From assembly GCA_963559065.1 (NCBI GenBank), contig CAUWIY010000002.1:70002-134001 (forward strand): a DNA stretch of 64,000 nucleotides, in the 5' to 3' direction. The first letter of the stretch is position 1. Each line of letters begins with the position of its first letter. This DNA is from an uncultured Clostridia bacterium (GTDB lineage: Bacteria; Bacillota; Clostridia; TANB77; CAG-508). A program made the translations under genes and the position numbers. The notes below the pieces were generated by a model, which was not told the DNA's origin, did no database searches, and was given only the letters and a program-made list of their open reading frames with translations. Below, piece after piece: positions 29,781 to 38,933 of this stretch.

Positions 29781-30530
29781 TTAATCATTTATTTCTATAA
29801 ATTCATTTATATTTTTGTATTTTTCAGTAGATAGTTCTAACTTATATTTATCTTCATCTTTATAAAATATTTTATATGCCTTTTTATTTTTTATACTTTG
29901 TACTATTCTATATTTTCCATTATTTATAATCACAGCTGTTCCTTTTTCTAAAGCTATCATTGGCATGTTTACATCTTTCATTAATCTTTCTAAATTTTCT
30001 TCTTTTCTAGTTCTTTCTTCATAACTTGGACAAAACAATATATTGAATATATCTAATCCTTTAACAATTGTGTAATCATCATCTTCGAACTCTTTACTTG
30101 AGTCTGATATTCCATATTTACACCAACATATAGCTCCTGCCGAAATACCACAAAAAACCTTGTCCTCTTGCAAAAAGTTTTTTAAAACTTTATCAAATCC
30201 ACTCTTTTTCCATAATTGTATCATTTTTAAAGTATTTCCTCCACCTACATATATAATATCTGCCCATTCTATCTTTTTTTGTACATTTTCTCGATTTAAA
30301 AGTTCTTTTTTTGTAATGATATTGCAATTACAATTAAATCTTTCAGTATATATTTTCTTCATAACATCATAATATGAATCTTCGTAATCATTTCCATGTG
30401 CTATAAATAAAAAATTTATATTATTGACTTTATTTGTCAATCTTATAATTTCACTATCAATCTCTCCTGTTTCATATTTTGTTCCATTCCTTCCGTTTTC
30501 TCCACCACCAATTAATACAAATTTACTCAT
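29781..30530 (-). CDS. peptidase S51 family (dipeptidase E / cyanophycinase-like)
   Basis: Motifs LIGGGEN and YVGGGNT, with the nucleophile-elbow motif GISAGAICW. Confidence 0.75.
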   Translation of the reverse strand: MSKFVLIGGGENGRNGTKYETGEIDSEIIRLTNKVNNINFLFIAHGNDYEDSYYDVMKKIYTERFNCNCNIITKKELLNRENVQKKIEWADIIYVGGGNTLKMIQLWKKSGFDKVLKNFLQEDKVFCGISAGAICWCKYGISDSSKEFEDDDYTIVKGLDIFNILFCPSYEERTRKEENLERLMKDVNMPMIALEKGTAVIINNGKYRIVQSIKNKKAYKIFYKDEDKYKLELSTEKYKNINEFIEIND

Positions 30531-30593
30531 ACATTTTTTCCTTTCATTCTATAATATATTTCCTACTATTTGTAAATGTTTCATTATATTATT

Positions 30594-30622
30594 AAAAAGG
30601 GGCTGTAAAAAGTCCCTTTTTT
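30594..30622 (-). terminator. intrinsic terminator after the acidic coiled-coil gene
   Basis: Stem AAAAAGGGGCT/AGTCCCTTTTT with one mismatch. T-run on the minus strand, 5 nt after the stop at 30627. Confidence 0.65.
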
Positions 30623-30626
30623 ATTT

Positions 30627-32420
30627 TTATTTTTTATCTTTAAAAAATTTATCAAAAATCCCTTTAGATTTTTTCTCTTCTTTTAACTTGTTTTTTGCTT
30701 TTTTACTTTTTTTATCTTTTTCAACTTCTTCAAATTCGTCTTCATCATCTTCTTCATCATAGTCTATGTCATCTTCATATTCTTCTTCATCTTCATCGAA
30801 TTCGTCATCATTATCTTCATAGTCTTCGTCATAGTCTATGTCGTCTTCATATTCTTCTTCATCTTCGTTGAATTCGTCTTCATCGTCTTCAAATTCATCA
30901 TCAAAGTCTATGTCATCTTCGTATTCTTCTTCATCTTCGTTGAATTCGTCTTCATCAAAGTCTATGTCATCTTCGTATTCTTCTTCATCTTCAAACTCAT
31001 CTTCTTCGTCGAATTCGCCTTCTTCAATGTCTTCATCATAATTCATGTCATCATCAAATTCTTCGTTAGATTCTTCGTCATCGTCAAAAGTTTTATCTTC
31101 ATTTACATCAAATTCATCATCATAATTGCTATTTTCAAATCCATCATCTTCTTCATCTATATATCCAATTATTTCATTGTCTGCTTTTTTAGTATTATCA
31201 ACTAGTGTGTCTTCAAAATTTTCTTCTTGTTCATCTTCTATTTTATATTCAGATAAATCTTTGTTAAATTTGCTTGATACTTCTTCATTAAATGTTTCAT
31301 AAATGTTTTTCATTCCACCAATTCTCCAGTAATTAGAATTAATAATTGTACCTGCATTTATTTTTATATTATTAATTTCTTTTTCAAATTTTTTCTCTTT
31401 TTCTTCTATGTTCTTTAAGTATTCTTTGTTATATAATTCATTGTATGCTTTTTTAGAAGATTTTCCTGCACTTTCTCTTAAAATTAATTGATATAAATTA
31501 TTAATTTGTTCAATATCTAGTTCAAAGTTTTCACAGGCTTCTGCCATTAAGTTTTTGTGTATTTTTGTGCCATTAATAGCAGTCATTCTTTCATTGTCTA
31601 AAAAGTCTACAATATACATTTTTTCTGCTTTTAAAAATGCAAATTTTACAATTATATCTCTTAAAATCTTTTGATATTTTTCTATATTTACAGAATCTGC
31701 ATTAATATCATTAATCAATTTTCTTGTTTTATCATATGAGTTTACATAGCATTCCGCTTCTCTTTTTGCAATTATATCTCTTTCAGAAGCAGCTTTTTCC
31801 ATGACATTTTCATTAAATTTTACTCTTTCATCTTTGCCATTATCTATCATAATTCCAACTAATTCTTTTGGTGTTTCATTTTCAGAATTAATGTATGTTT
31901 TTATATTTTTTATTTTTTCTTTGTCTATTTCGTTTAAGTCTTTAGTCGCTTTTTCAATTAACTGCATATGATTTTTTTCTTCTAATCTTTTTTCTTTTGA
32001 GATTTTATTTCTTTCTTCTTGTTTATTATTAAACTCATTTAAAACATTTGTAAATTTATCTTTTAATTCAGAAAGTGTTTTATTGTTTTCTGTAATTGTG
32101 TTTTCCATTTTTTCTAGTTTTTTTTGTATAATATTAGGGGATTCTTCTAAATTATCAAATATTTGGTTTCTATCCTCTTCTAGTTTTATATTTGACTTAT
32201 ATAATTTTTTTTGTTCTTGTTGAATTTTTCTTATTTGGTTTGCTGAATCGTCAAATTCTTTTATGATTTTTTCTTCTTTTTCAACAATTATTTGATATTC
32301 TTGTGTTTCTTCTATTAATTCCTTAAAGTTTTTGTAGATTGTTTTTAAATTTACTTTATTTCCAAATCCTAAAATATCATTGAAATATTTTTCTAGTACT
32401 ACTGCACTTCTTTCATACAT
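30627..32420 (-). CDS. coiled-coil protein with polyacidic tandem-repeat C-terminus
   Basis: 597 aa. The N-terminal 400 aa is Lys/Glu/Asn-rich with heptad-like periodicity. The last 170 aa or so is almost entirely D/E/Y/F repeats (EEEYEDDIDFDEDEFNED), then a short Lys-rich end. Confidence 0.6.
   Translation of the reverse strand: MYERSAVVLEKYFNDILGFGNKVNLKTIYKNFKELIEETQEYQIIVEKEEKIIKEFDDSANQIRKIQQEQKKLYKSNIKLEEDRNQIFDNLEESPNIIQKKLEKMENTITENNKTLSELKDKFTNVLNEFNNKQEERNKISKEKRLEEKNHMQLIEKATKDLNEIDKEKIKNIKTYINSENETPKELVGIMIDNGKDERVKFNENVMEKAASERDIIAKREAECYVNSYDKTRKLINDINADSVNIEKYQKILRDIIVKFAFLKAEKMYIVDFLDNERMTAINGTKIHKNLMAEACENFELDIEQINNLYQLILRESAGKSSKKAYNELYNKEYLKNIEEKEKKFEKEINNIKINAGTIINSNYWRIGGMKNIYETFNEEVSSKFNKDLSEYKIEDEQEENFEDTLVDNTKKADNEIIGYIDEEDDGFENSNYDDEFDVNEDKTFDDDEESNEEFDDDMNYDEDIEEGEFDEEDEFEDEEEYEDDIDFDEDEFNEDEEEYEDDIDFDDEFEDDEDEFNEDEEEYEDDIDYDEDYEDNDDEFDEDEEEYEDDIDYDEEDDEDEFEEVEKDKKSKKAKNKLKEEKKSKGIFDKFFKDKK
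30761..31030. repeat. in-frame imperfect tandem repeat (72, 72 and 54 nt units, then a degenerate fourth unit)
   Basis: Units start with AGTCTATGTC at 30761, 30833, 30905 and 30959. They encode the EEEYEDDID[FY]D acidic blocks. Confidence 0.8.
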
Positions 32421-32602
32421 TTATTATTCCCCCTATTATTTATACTAATTATTTTGATTTTTTAGTTCTTTGTATTTTGTACACACCTATTCTATCACTT
32501 ATTTAATAAAATAACAATAAACTTAATAAAATTGTTATTACAATTTTGTATGTTAATCAATGATGTGAAACAAATTAATATATTATTTTTTATATATAGC
32601 AA

Positions 32603-33131
32603 TTATTTTATTTTTTCAATTGTTTTTCCTGGTATCCCTACAACAGTTTTATTATCTTCTATTTCTTTCAAGACCACTGCATTTGCACCTATTTTTACAT
32701 TATTTCCTATCTTTATTGGACCTAGAACTTTTGCCCCTGCTCCTACAATTACGTTATTTCCTAAGTCTGGATGTCTTTTGTATTTGTCTTTTCCTGTACC
32801 TCCGGAGTGTGCTATTATGGTAAATTGTACAGTCATTTCCTATTGTTGTTGTTTCCCCAATTACAATTCCCATTCCATGATCAATAAATAGTCTTCTACC
32901 TATTTTCGCTCCTGGATGTATTTCTATTCCTGTAATATGTCTTGCTATTTGAGAAATTAGTCTTGCTAAGAAAAATAATTTATGTCTGTATAGAAAATGT
33001 GCTATCCTATGAAAAAATAGTGCATGAAATCCTGGATATAAGATTACAGCTTCTAAAACACTTCTACACGCTGGGTCTTTTTCTTTTATATTTTTAGCAT
33101 CTATATATAATTCTCTTAAAACATTTATCAT
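32603..33131 (-). pseudogene. cysE: serine O-acetyltransferase with a 1-nt frameshift
   Basis: ORF 32754-33131 carries the SAT N-domain and the hexapeptide start ([32 protein letters not shown]). ORF 32603-32836 carries the continuation ([28 protein letters not shown]) in another frame. The join lies at CTCCGGAGG, about 32799-32807. Confidence 0.7.
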
Positions 33132-33212
33132 ATTATCACCCTTATATTATAATATGATTGTAATTTTTAATTGTTTTTATTTTATGTTGATTGTTACAAT
33201 ACTTTTTATTTT

Positions 33213-33623
33213 TTAATATTCTTCTATTTCTATTACTATTTTTTCTTCAGTTCCGTATTTTTTTTCAACTTCTAGTTTAGTTATTTGTGTATCATCTTTA
33301 AATGCAAATTTATTCATTGCATCTAATACTATTTTTACTATATTGTCTATATCTGGTTTTTTTGTAGGACTTATTGTTTGATTTAACATTGCTTCTATTT
33401 CTGATTTTTTAGTACTTTTTGGTATTCCAAAATATGCTATTATGCTTACTTTTGTTCTTTTTTCAATTTGTTTAAATCTTGGGTATTTTAATAAAAAGTA
33501 TTGTTCTATTAAGCATTCATAATCTTTGGTTTTTGTTGGTGTATATACAATGCCTGTATATGAGTTTACTCTTGGCCTTCCTTTTCCTGTAATTTTTCCT
33601 GGCACTTCAAATTCGTATTTCAT
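33213..33623 (-). CDS. rusA: RusA-family Holliday junction resolvase
   Basis: 136 aa with motifs GKGRPR, YTP.KT and KPDIDNIVKIVLDAMN...DD. Confidence 0.75.
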   Translation of the reverse strand: MKYEFEVPGKITGKGRPRVNSYTGIVYTPTKTKDYECLIEQYFLLKYPRFKQIEKRTKVSIIAYFGIPKSTKKSEIEAMLNQTISPTKKPDIDNIVKIVLDAMNKFAFKDDTQITKLEVEKKYGTEEKIVIEIEEY

Positions 33624-33632
33624 TTTTTTCTC

Positions 33633-34580
33633 CTATGTTTTTAATTTTTTAATTTTTGCAACAAAAAATCCCTCTGTATTTTTAGATGGTAAAACTCTTA
33701 TTGCTTTTTTTATGTTTTCATCTACATTGTCTGTAAACGCTGGTATTGCTTCTTTTATTTCTAGTTTTATATCTAGTATTTTAATATTTAAATTTTTAAT
33801 TGCCCAATCTAAAATTTGTTCATTTTCTTGTTCATTTAGTGTACATGTTGAATATACCATAATTCCATTTGGTTTTAGTGCTTGATATGCACTTTTAAAT
33901 AGCTTCTTTTGTAATTTGCTTAAATCATTTACTACTTTTGGAGACCAATCTCTATATGTTGATAATTTATTTACTATAAATCTTCCTTCTCCGCTACATG
34001 GTGTGTCTAGTAATACTCTATCGAATTGTTCTTGGTGTTTTTCTCCTATTTTTTCTCCTCTTTCATTTATTGTACTTACTATACTTGCTCCTTGTTTTTG
34101 AATATTATAGTTAAGTCTTTCATATCTAATTTTGTCTAGTTCATTTGCTAATATATATCCATTATTTTGCATAAGTGCTGCAATTTGTGTAGTTTTGCTT
34201 CCTGGCGCTGCTGTTAAATCTAATATTTTTTCTCCTTGTTTTGGTTCTAATATAATTGGTGGTATCATGCTAGATAAACTTTGCAAATAAAAATATCCTT
34301 TTTCGTAAATATCTAATTTTTGTAAATCTTTTTCTTTTGCATTTTTTATTATTAAAGCATCTTGATACCATAATGTTCTTTCAAATTTGATGTTTTTTTC
34401 TTTTAAATATTTCATAAATTCTTGTATGTTGTATTTTATTGTATTGACTCTTACTGTTGTGTATCTGTCTTCTGTCATTCCTAATAATATTTTGTCTACT
34501 GTTATAGGCGAATATTTTTCATATAAGTCTTCCATAAATTCTTTTGGTAGTCTTTTTCTCATTTCTTTTATTGATAGCAT
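33633..34580 (-). CDS. NOL1/NOP2/Sun-family RNA (cytosine-C5)-methyltransferase (RsmB/RsmF-like)
   Basis: SAM motif LDLTAAPGSKT and catalytic Cys motifs DTPCSGEG and YSTCT. Confidence 0.8.
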   Translation of the reverse strand: MLSIKEMRKRLPKEFMEDLYEKYSPITVDKILLGMTEDRYTTVRVNTIKYNIQEFMKYLKEKNIKFERTLWYQDALIIKNAKEKDLQKLDIYEKGYFYLQSLSSMIPPIILEPKQGEKILDLTAAPGSKTTQIAALMQNNGYILANELDKIRYERLNYNIQKQGASIVSTINERGEKIGEKHQEQFDRVLLDTPCSGEGRFIVNKLSTYRDWSPKVVNDLSKLQKKLFKSAYQALKPNGIMVYSTCTLNEQENEQILDWAIKNLNIKILDIKLEIKEAIPAFTDNVDENIKKAIRVLPSKNTEGFFVAKIKKLKT

Positions 34581-34682
34581 ATTTTTCTCCTATTAATTTA
34601 TCTTTGTATTTATTTTATATCATATATTTTTCTTTTTTCATAGTGTTTTATAGATTTATCTATCAATATTTTTACAAAATGT

Positions 34683-34711
34683 TTGACAATTTTAATTTTA
34701 AGTTGTACAAT
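34683..34711 (+). promoter_or_regulatory. near-consensus sigma-70 promoter with no downstream ORF
   Basis: TTGACA (34683-34688), 17-nt spacer, TACAAT (34706-34711). Confidence 0.5.
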
Positions 34712-34717
34712 ATAAGT

Positions 34718-34797
34718 AGCTTAAACATTGACTATAGTTCTGCAAAAGTCATATAGTTAGAAAGAGATGCAATGGAAGAAGGCATCTCTTTTGTTGT
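34718..34797 (+). ncRNA. candidate small RNA (about 75-80 nt) bounded by promoter and terminator
   Basis: The predicted start lies just after the -10 box. Internal hairpin GACTATA...TATAGTT. Terminal hairpin AAAGAGATGC/GCATCTCTTT (34761-34770 / 34782-34791) is followed by TTGTTGTG. No credible ORF. Confidence 0.3.
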
Positions 34798-34800
34798 GTA

Positions 34801-34840
34801 TAAAAAATTAAGGAGTAGTAAATGGAAGTTACTACTCCTT
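34801..34840 (-). terminator. intrinsic terminator of the 34-aa ORF
   Basis: Perfect 12-bp stem AAGGAGTAGTAA/TTACTACTCCTT (34810-34821 / 34829-34840). T-run on the minus strand. Confidence 0.65.
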
Positions 34841-34857
34841 AAATTATTAGATATGTA

Positions 34858-34962
34858 CTAATCTTTGCTTTGACAATTTTGTTCATTAGCTTTTACTTCT
34901 TGTTTCTTTTCAGATTCAATAAGCATTTCAACTAACTTCAAAATTAGTTCTGCATTGGTCAT
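34858..34962 (-). CDS. small hydrophilic protein, 34 aa (MTNAELILKLVEMLIESEKKQEVKANEQNCQSKD)
   Basis: Strong RBS GAAAGGGGTGAAG ends 5 nt before the ATG at 34962. Its own terminator lies downstream. Too short for the ORF track. Confidence 0.4.
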   Translation of the reverse strand: MTNAELILKLVEMLIESEKKQEVKANEQNCQSKD

Positions 34963-35209
34963 ATCGCTTCACCCCTTTCAAAAAGATTTCCTTTGTGAAA
35001 AGGATGTCCTCATTATACTTTATTTTTCAATATTTTACAATAAAATTATAAATATTTTCAATACTAAAATTTTTTATATATCCCTGTAAATCAAATTTTG
35101 TTTTATTAACTCTTATAGAAGATAGTCTAAATATTAATTGTCTTAATATACTTTATTATAATTCTTAATAATAAGATATTTTTAAAACTTAATTGGGAGG
35201 GTTATATAA

Positions 35210-36100
35210 ATGAAAAAAGTTTTATTTAAAGGTGTTGCCTCTGCTGTTCCTACTCCTTTTAATGAAAATGGTGTAAATGTAGATGTTTTTACGGATTTTT
35301 TAAATTTTCAAATTAAAAACAATATTGATGCAATTGTAGTTTGTGGTACAACTGGCGAAAGTTCTACAATGACAGAAAGTGAAAAAATAACTGCCATAAA
35401 ATGTGCTGTTGAAACTTCTAATGGCAGAATTCCTGTTATTGCAGGTACTGGTTCTAATAATACAAAACAAGCAATTCATATGTCTAAAATCGCTCAAGAT
35501 TTAGGAGCTGACGGTGTTTTGCTAGTTACTCCTTATTATAATAAGACTACACAGTTAGGGCTTATTTCTCATTATAAGGCTATTGCTGAAAGTATTGATA
35601 TTCCAATAATTATATACAATGTACCTAGTAGAACAGGAATTAATATTACTCCTAAAACTTGTTTTGAACTTTCTAAAATAAGTAATATAGTTGCTATTAA
35701 AGAGGCTAGTGGTAATATTTCTCAAGTGGCTGATATTGCACATTTGTGTGGAGATAATTTGGCAATTTATTCTGGTAATGATGACCAGATTATTCCTATT
35801 TGCTCTTTAGGCGGATTAGGTGTAATTTCTGTATTATCTAATATTTGTCCTAAATTTACTCATGATATGGTATCTGATTTTCTAGCAGGAGATATTTTAA
35901 ATGCTAAAGAGAAACAATTGTCTTCTATTCCCCTTATTCATAGTCTTTTTTCTGAAGTCAATCCTATTCCTGTTAAATATGCTTTAAATGTTTTAGGATT
36001 TGATTTTGGAGTTCCACGATTGCCATTAGTTGAGATGAGTTCTGATAATAAAAGTTCTTTAGTTGAACTACTAAAAGACAAAAAATTTATAGGTTGCTAA
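35210..36100 (+). CDS. dapA: 4-hydroxy-tetrahydrodipicolinate synthase
   Basis: Motifs GTTGES, YYNKTTQ and YNVPSRTG, with the Schiff-base Lys context IVAIKEASG. RBS GGGAGGG. Confidence 0.92.
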   Translation: MKKVLFKGVASAVPTPFNENGVNVDVFTDFLNFQIKNNIDAIVVCGTTGESSTMTESEKITAIKCAVETSNGRIPVIAGTGSNNTKQAIHMSKIAQDLGADGVLLVTPYYNKTTQLGLISHYKAIAESIDIPIIIYNVPSRTGINITPKTCFELSKISNIVAIKEASGNISQVADIAHLCGDNLAIYSGNDDQIIPICSLGGLGVISVLSNICPKFTHDMVSDFLAGDILNAKEKQLSSIPLIHSLFSEVNPIPVKYALNVLGFDFGVPRLPLVEMSSDNKSSLVELLKDKKFIGC

Positions 36101-36115
36101 AAGTAACCTATAAAT
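36085..36115 (+). terminator. hairpin spanning the dapA stop codon (weak terminator candidate)
   Basis: Perfect 11-bp stem ATTTATAGGTT/AACCTATAAAT. No clear T-run follows. Confidence 0.3.
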
Positions 36116-36214
36116 TGGGGTTCTATAATAAATATTATGTTAGTTATAAAAATAACTTCTTCTACATTTTTGATAAAAATATATAATAGTTTAAACATAA
36201 TTTATTTTATTGCT

Positions 36215-37582
36215 CTAAATAATTTTACCTATCAAATCATAATTGCTTACTTCTTCTATTTGGCAATTAACAAAATTATTTAAGACATCTTCTAATTTAT
36301 AATTTTGCTCATTTTTTATATAAACCAATCCATCTTCTTCTGGCACATCTTGCATTGTTCTTCCTATAAAATAATTGTTATCAAAAGATATATTTTCTAT
36401 TAATATTTTATATTTCTTTCCTATTTTGTTTTCTAAAATTTCTTTTGATATCTCTTGTTGTTTTTGCATTATTTTTTTATATCTTGCCTTTTTTGTGTTT
36501 CCATGAATTTGTTCTGGTAATTTAGCAGCAGGTGTTCCTTCTTCTTTAGAGTACATAAAAGTTCCTAATTTATCAAATTTTGTTTCTTCTGCAAAGTCTA
36601 ATAATTCTTTAAAATCTTTTTCTGTTTCTCCTGGGAAGCCTACAATTAAGCTAGTTCTTAAAGTAACATCTGGTATCTCTTTTCTTATTTTTTTAATTAA
36701 ATCTTCTATTTTTTCCTTAGTTGTTTTTCTATTCATTCTTTTTAAAATTGTATTTGATATATGTTGAATTGGAATGTCAAAATATTTGGCAATTTTAGCA
36801 TTATTAGCAACTGTTGCAATTAGTTCATCTGTAATTCCTTCTGGATAAGAATATAAAAATCTAATCCATTCAATTCCTTGAATTTTGCTTAATTTTTCTA
36901 ATAATTCTGCTAATTTACTTTCTCCATATAAATCCACTCCATATTTAGTTGTATCTTGTGCAATTACTATTATTTCTTTAATGCCTTGATTTGCTAACAT
37001 ATTTGCTTCATCTAATATCTCTTCCATTTTTCTACTTACAAAAGGTCCTCTTATATATGGAATTGCACAATATGTACATTTATTGCTACAACCTTCTCCT
37101 ATTTTTAAATAGGCATAATTTTTTCCAGTTGTAATAACCCTATTTAAATATTCTTCATATGTTAACATTGGCATTGCTTCTATTTCAGATATTTTTGTTT
37201 TTGTCTTTGTTTTTGTTTTTTGTACAATGTCTCTTTTTATTAAGTCTTCTATTTTTTCCCATAAATGATTATATTCATCTATTTTTATCCATAAGTCTAC
37301 TTCTGGAATTGCCTTTTTTAAGTCTTCATAATATCTTTGTACTAAGCACCCCATAACAATTAGGTATTTACATCTTACATTTTTATATTCTGCCATTTCT
37401 AATATTGTATTAATTGCTTCTTCTTTTGCCGTTTCTATAAATCCACATGTATTTATAACTAAAATGTCTGCATCTTTTGGATTATTTACTATTTTATAAA
37501 GATTTTTCTTGAATAATCCAATTGTAATTTCTGTATCTATTAAGTTTTTACTACATCCTAATGATATAAATCCTACATTCAT
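36215..37582 (-). CDS. rimO: ribosomal protein S12 methylthiotransferase (radical SAM MTTase)
   Basis: N-terminal FISLGCSKNLIDTE, radical-SAM motif CSNKCTYC, C-terminal TRAM-like domain. Contains a (KT)4 insert. Confidence 0.8.
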   Translation of the reverse strand: MNVGFISLGCSKNLIDTEITIGLFKKNLYKIVNNPKDADILVINTCGFIETAKEEAINTILEMAEYKNVRCKYLIVMGCLVQRYYEDLKKAIPEVDLWIKIDEYNHLWEKIEDLIKRDIVQKTKTKTKTKISEIEAMPMLTYEEYLNRVITTGKNYAYLKIGEGCSNKCTYCAIPYIRGPFVSRKMEEILDEANMLANQGIKEIIVIAQDTTKYGVDLYGESKLAELLEKLSKIQGIEWIRFLYSYPEGITDELIATVANNAKIAKYFDIPIQHISNTILKRMNRKTTKEKIEDLIKKIRKEIPDVTLRTSLIVGFPGETEKDFKELLDFAEETKFDKLGTFMYSKEEGTPAAKLPEQIHGNTKKARYKKIMQKQQEISKEILENKIGKKYKILIENISFDNNYFIGRTMQDVPEEDGLVYIKNEQNYKLEDVLNNFVNCQIEEVSNYDLIGKII

Positions 37583-37682
37583 ATATTTATTGTATGATAT
37601 ATTTTATATTTAAAATATTCATATTCTCCTTTCTGTATTTTATTTTGTATTTTAGAAAGAATGTTCAAAATTAGTAAAATAG

Positions 37683-38879
37683 TTATCTGTGTGATATTAT
37701 ATGTTTTCTTGTCATTTCCATTAAGTCTAATTTTGTGAATCCTTCTACTTGTGTTTTTGCTCTGTCATTTTTTAATTCTTCTATTAATAATTTTTGTATT
37801 TTTTCTTTGTTTTCTCTATCTTTCATGTCTATATAATCAATAATTATTATTCCGCCAATGTCTCTTAGTCTTAATTGTTTTGCTATTTCTATTGTCGCTT
37901 CTTCATTTACTTTATATATTGTTTGTTCTACATTTTTAGTTCCTGTGTATTTTCCTGTGTTTACATCAATTGCTGTTAGTGCTTCTGTTCTGTCTATTGT
38001 TATAAAACCACCACATTTTAGCCATATTTTTCTATTTTGCAATTTGTCTATTTGTTTTTTTGCGTCATAGATATTTAATATTTCTTCCTTTTTTAACTCT
38101 ATTTTTATTTTTGCTAAATAGGTATTTTCTTTTTGCATTTTTATTAGTTTGTTATATTCAGTCTCGTCATTTGTTAATATTCTTTGTATTGTATTTTCTG
38201 ATAAATCTAAAATCATTTTTTCTACAATATTTTCTGATTTATAAATTAATTTTGGTTTTTTAGATTGTTTTTCATTTTGATACTTTTCTTCTATTTCTTT
38301 CCATTTTGCTTCTACATTTTTTATGTCTTCTATAATTTCTTTTGTTTTACCTATTGCTGATGTTCTAATTACAGCACCATTTCCACTAGAAAGATTTTCT
38401 TTTACTAATTTTAATAGTCTTTCTTGCTCTTTTTTGTCTTCTATTTTTTGTGATATTGTTACTATATCTGTATTTGGCATAAATACAATGTATTTACTTG
38501 GTAAGTTAATATGTGTTGAAACTCTTGCACCTTTTTGAATATTACTATCTTTCTTTACTTGTACAAGTATTTTGTCATTTTTTTTAACTACTTGTGTAAT
38601 TTCTTTATTGTCGTTTTTTGTATTATTTTTTGTTTCGTCTATTTTAGGAAGTAAATCTTTTAAATGAATAAAACTATTTTTCTCTGTTCCTATATCTACA
38701 AAAGCAGATTGCATTCCTTTTATTATGTCCTGAATTATTCCAATATAGATATTTCCTTCTTTTCTTAAATCTTTTTCTTCTTCAGTGTAATATTCTACTA
38801 GATGTCCATTTTCTAACAATGATATTTCCTTATTTATTGCATTGTTTTCCGTGTTTTTATTGATAAAAATTTCTAGCAT
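37683..38879 (-). CDS. rng: ribonuclease E/G family protein
   Basis: S1 domain (GNIYIGIIQDIIKGMQSAFVDIG) followed by the RNase E/G core (ALTAIDVNTGK, IGGIIIIDYIDM). Confidence 0.75.
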   Translation of the reverse strand: MLEIFINKNTENNAINKEISLLENGHLVEYYTEEEKDLRKEGNIYIGIIQDIIKGMQSAFVDIGTEKNSFIHLKDLLPKIDETKNNTKNDNKEITQVVKKNDKILVQVKKDSNIQKGARVSTHINLPSKYIVFMPNTDIVTISQKIEDKKEQERLLKLVKENLSSGNGAVIRTSAIGKTKEIIEDIKNVEAKWKEIEEKYQNEKQSKKPKLIYKSENIVEKMILDLSENTIQRILTNDETEYNKLIKMQKENTYLAKIKIELKKEEILNIYDAKKQIDKLQNRKIWLKCGGFITIDRTEALTAIDVNTGKYTGTKNVEQTIYKVNEEATIEIAKQLRLRDIGGIIIIDYIDMKDRENKEKIQKLLIEELKNDRAKTQVEGFTKLDLMEMTRKHIISHR

Positions 38880-38933
38880 TTAATTTTCTCCCTTTTATAT
38901 ATTTTCGTTATGTTTTTGTTTTTATTTCTGTTT

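Noticed and set aside
30761-31030. Regular direct repeats that could look like a CRISPR array.
   Set aside because: The units are 54-72 nt and contiguous, with no unique spacers. They are in frame within a long ORF, and no cas genes are present.
30838-31041. Ser-rich plus-strand ORF (SSSYSSSSSLNSSSS...).
   Set aside because: It is the mirror image of the GAA/GAT-rich acidic repeat on the minus strand, so it is an antisense artefact.
33213-33623. rusA as a marker of a prophage.
   Set aside because: No other phage-like genes (integrase, terminase, capsid, repressor cluster) flank it. The neighbours are cysE and an rRNA methyltransferase.
34990-35209. Possible lysine riboswitch upstream of dapA.
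   Set aside because: The region is almost pure AT with no conserved L-box helices or GC-rich junction motifs visible. It cannot be fully excluded without a covariance-model scan.
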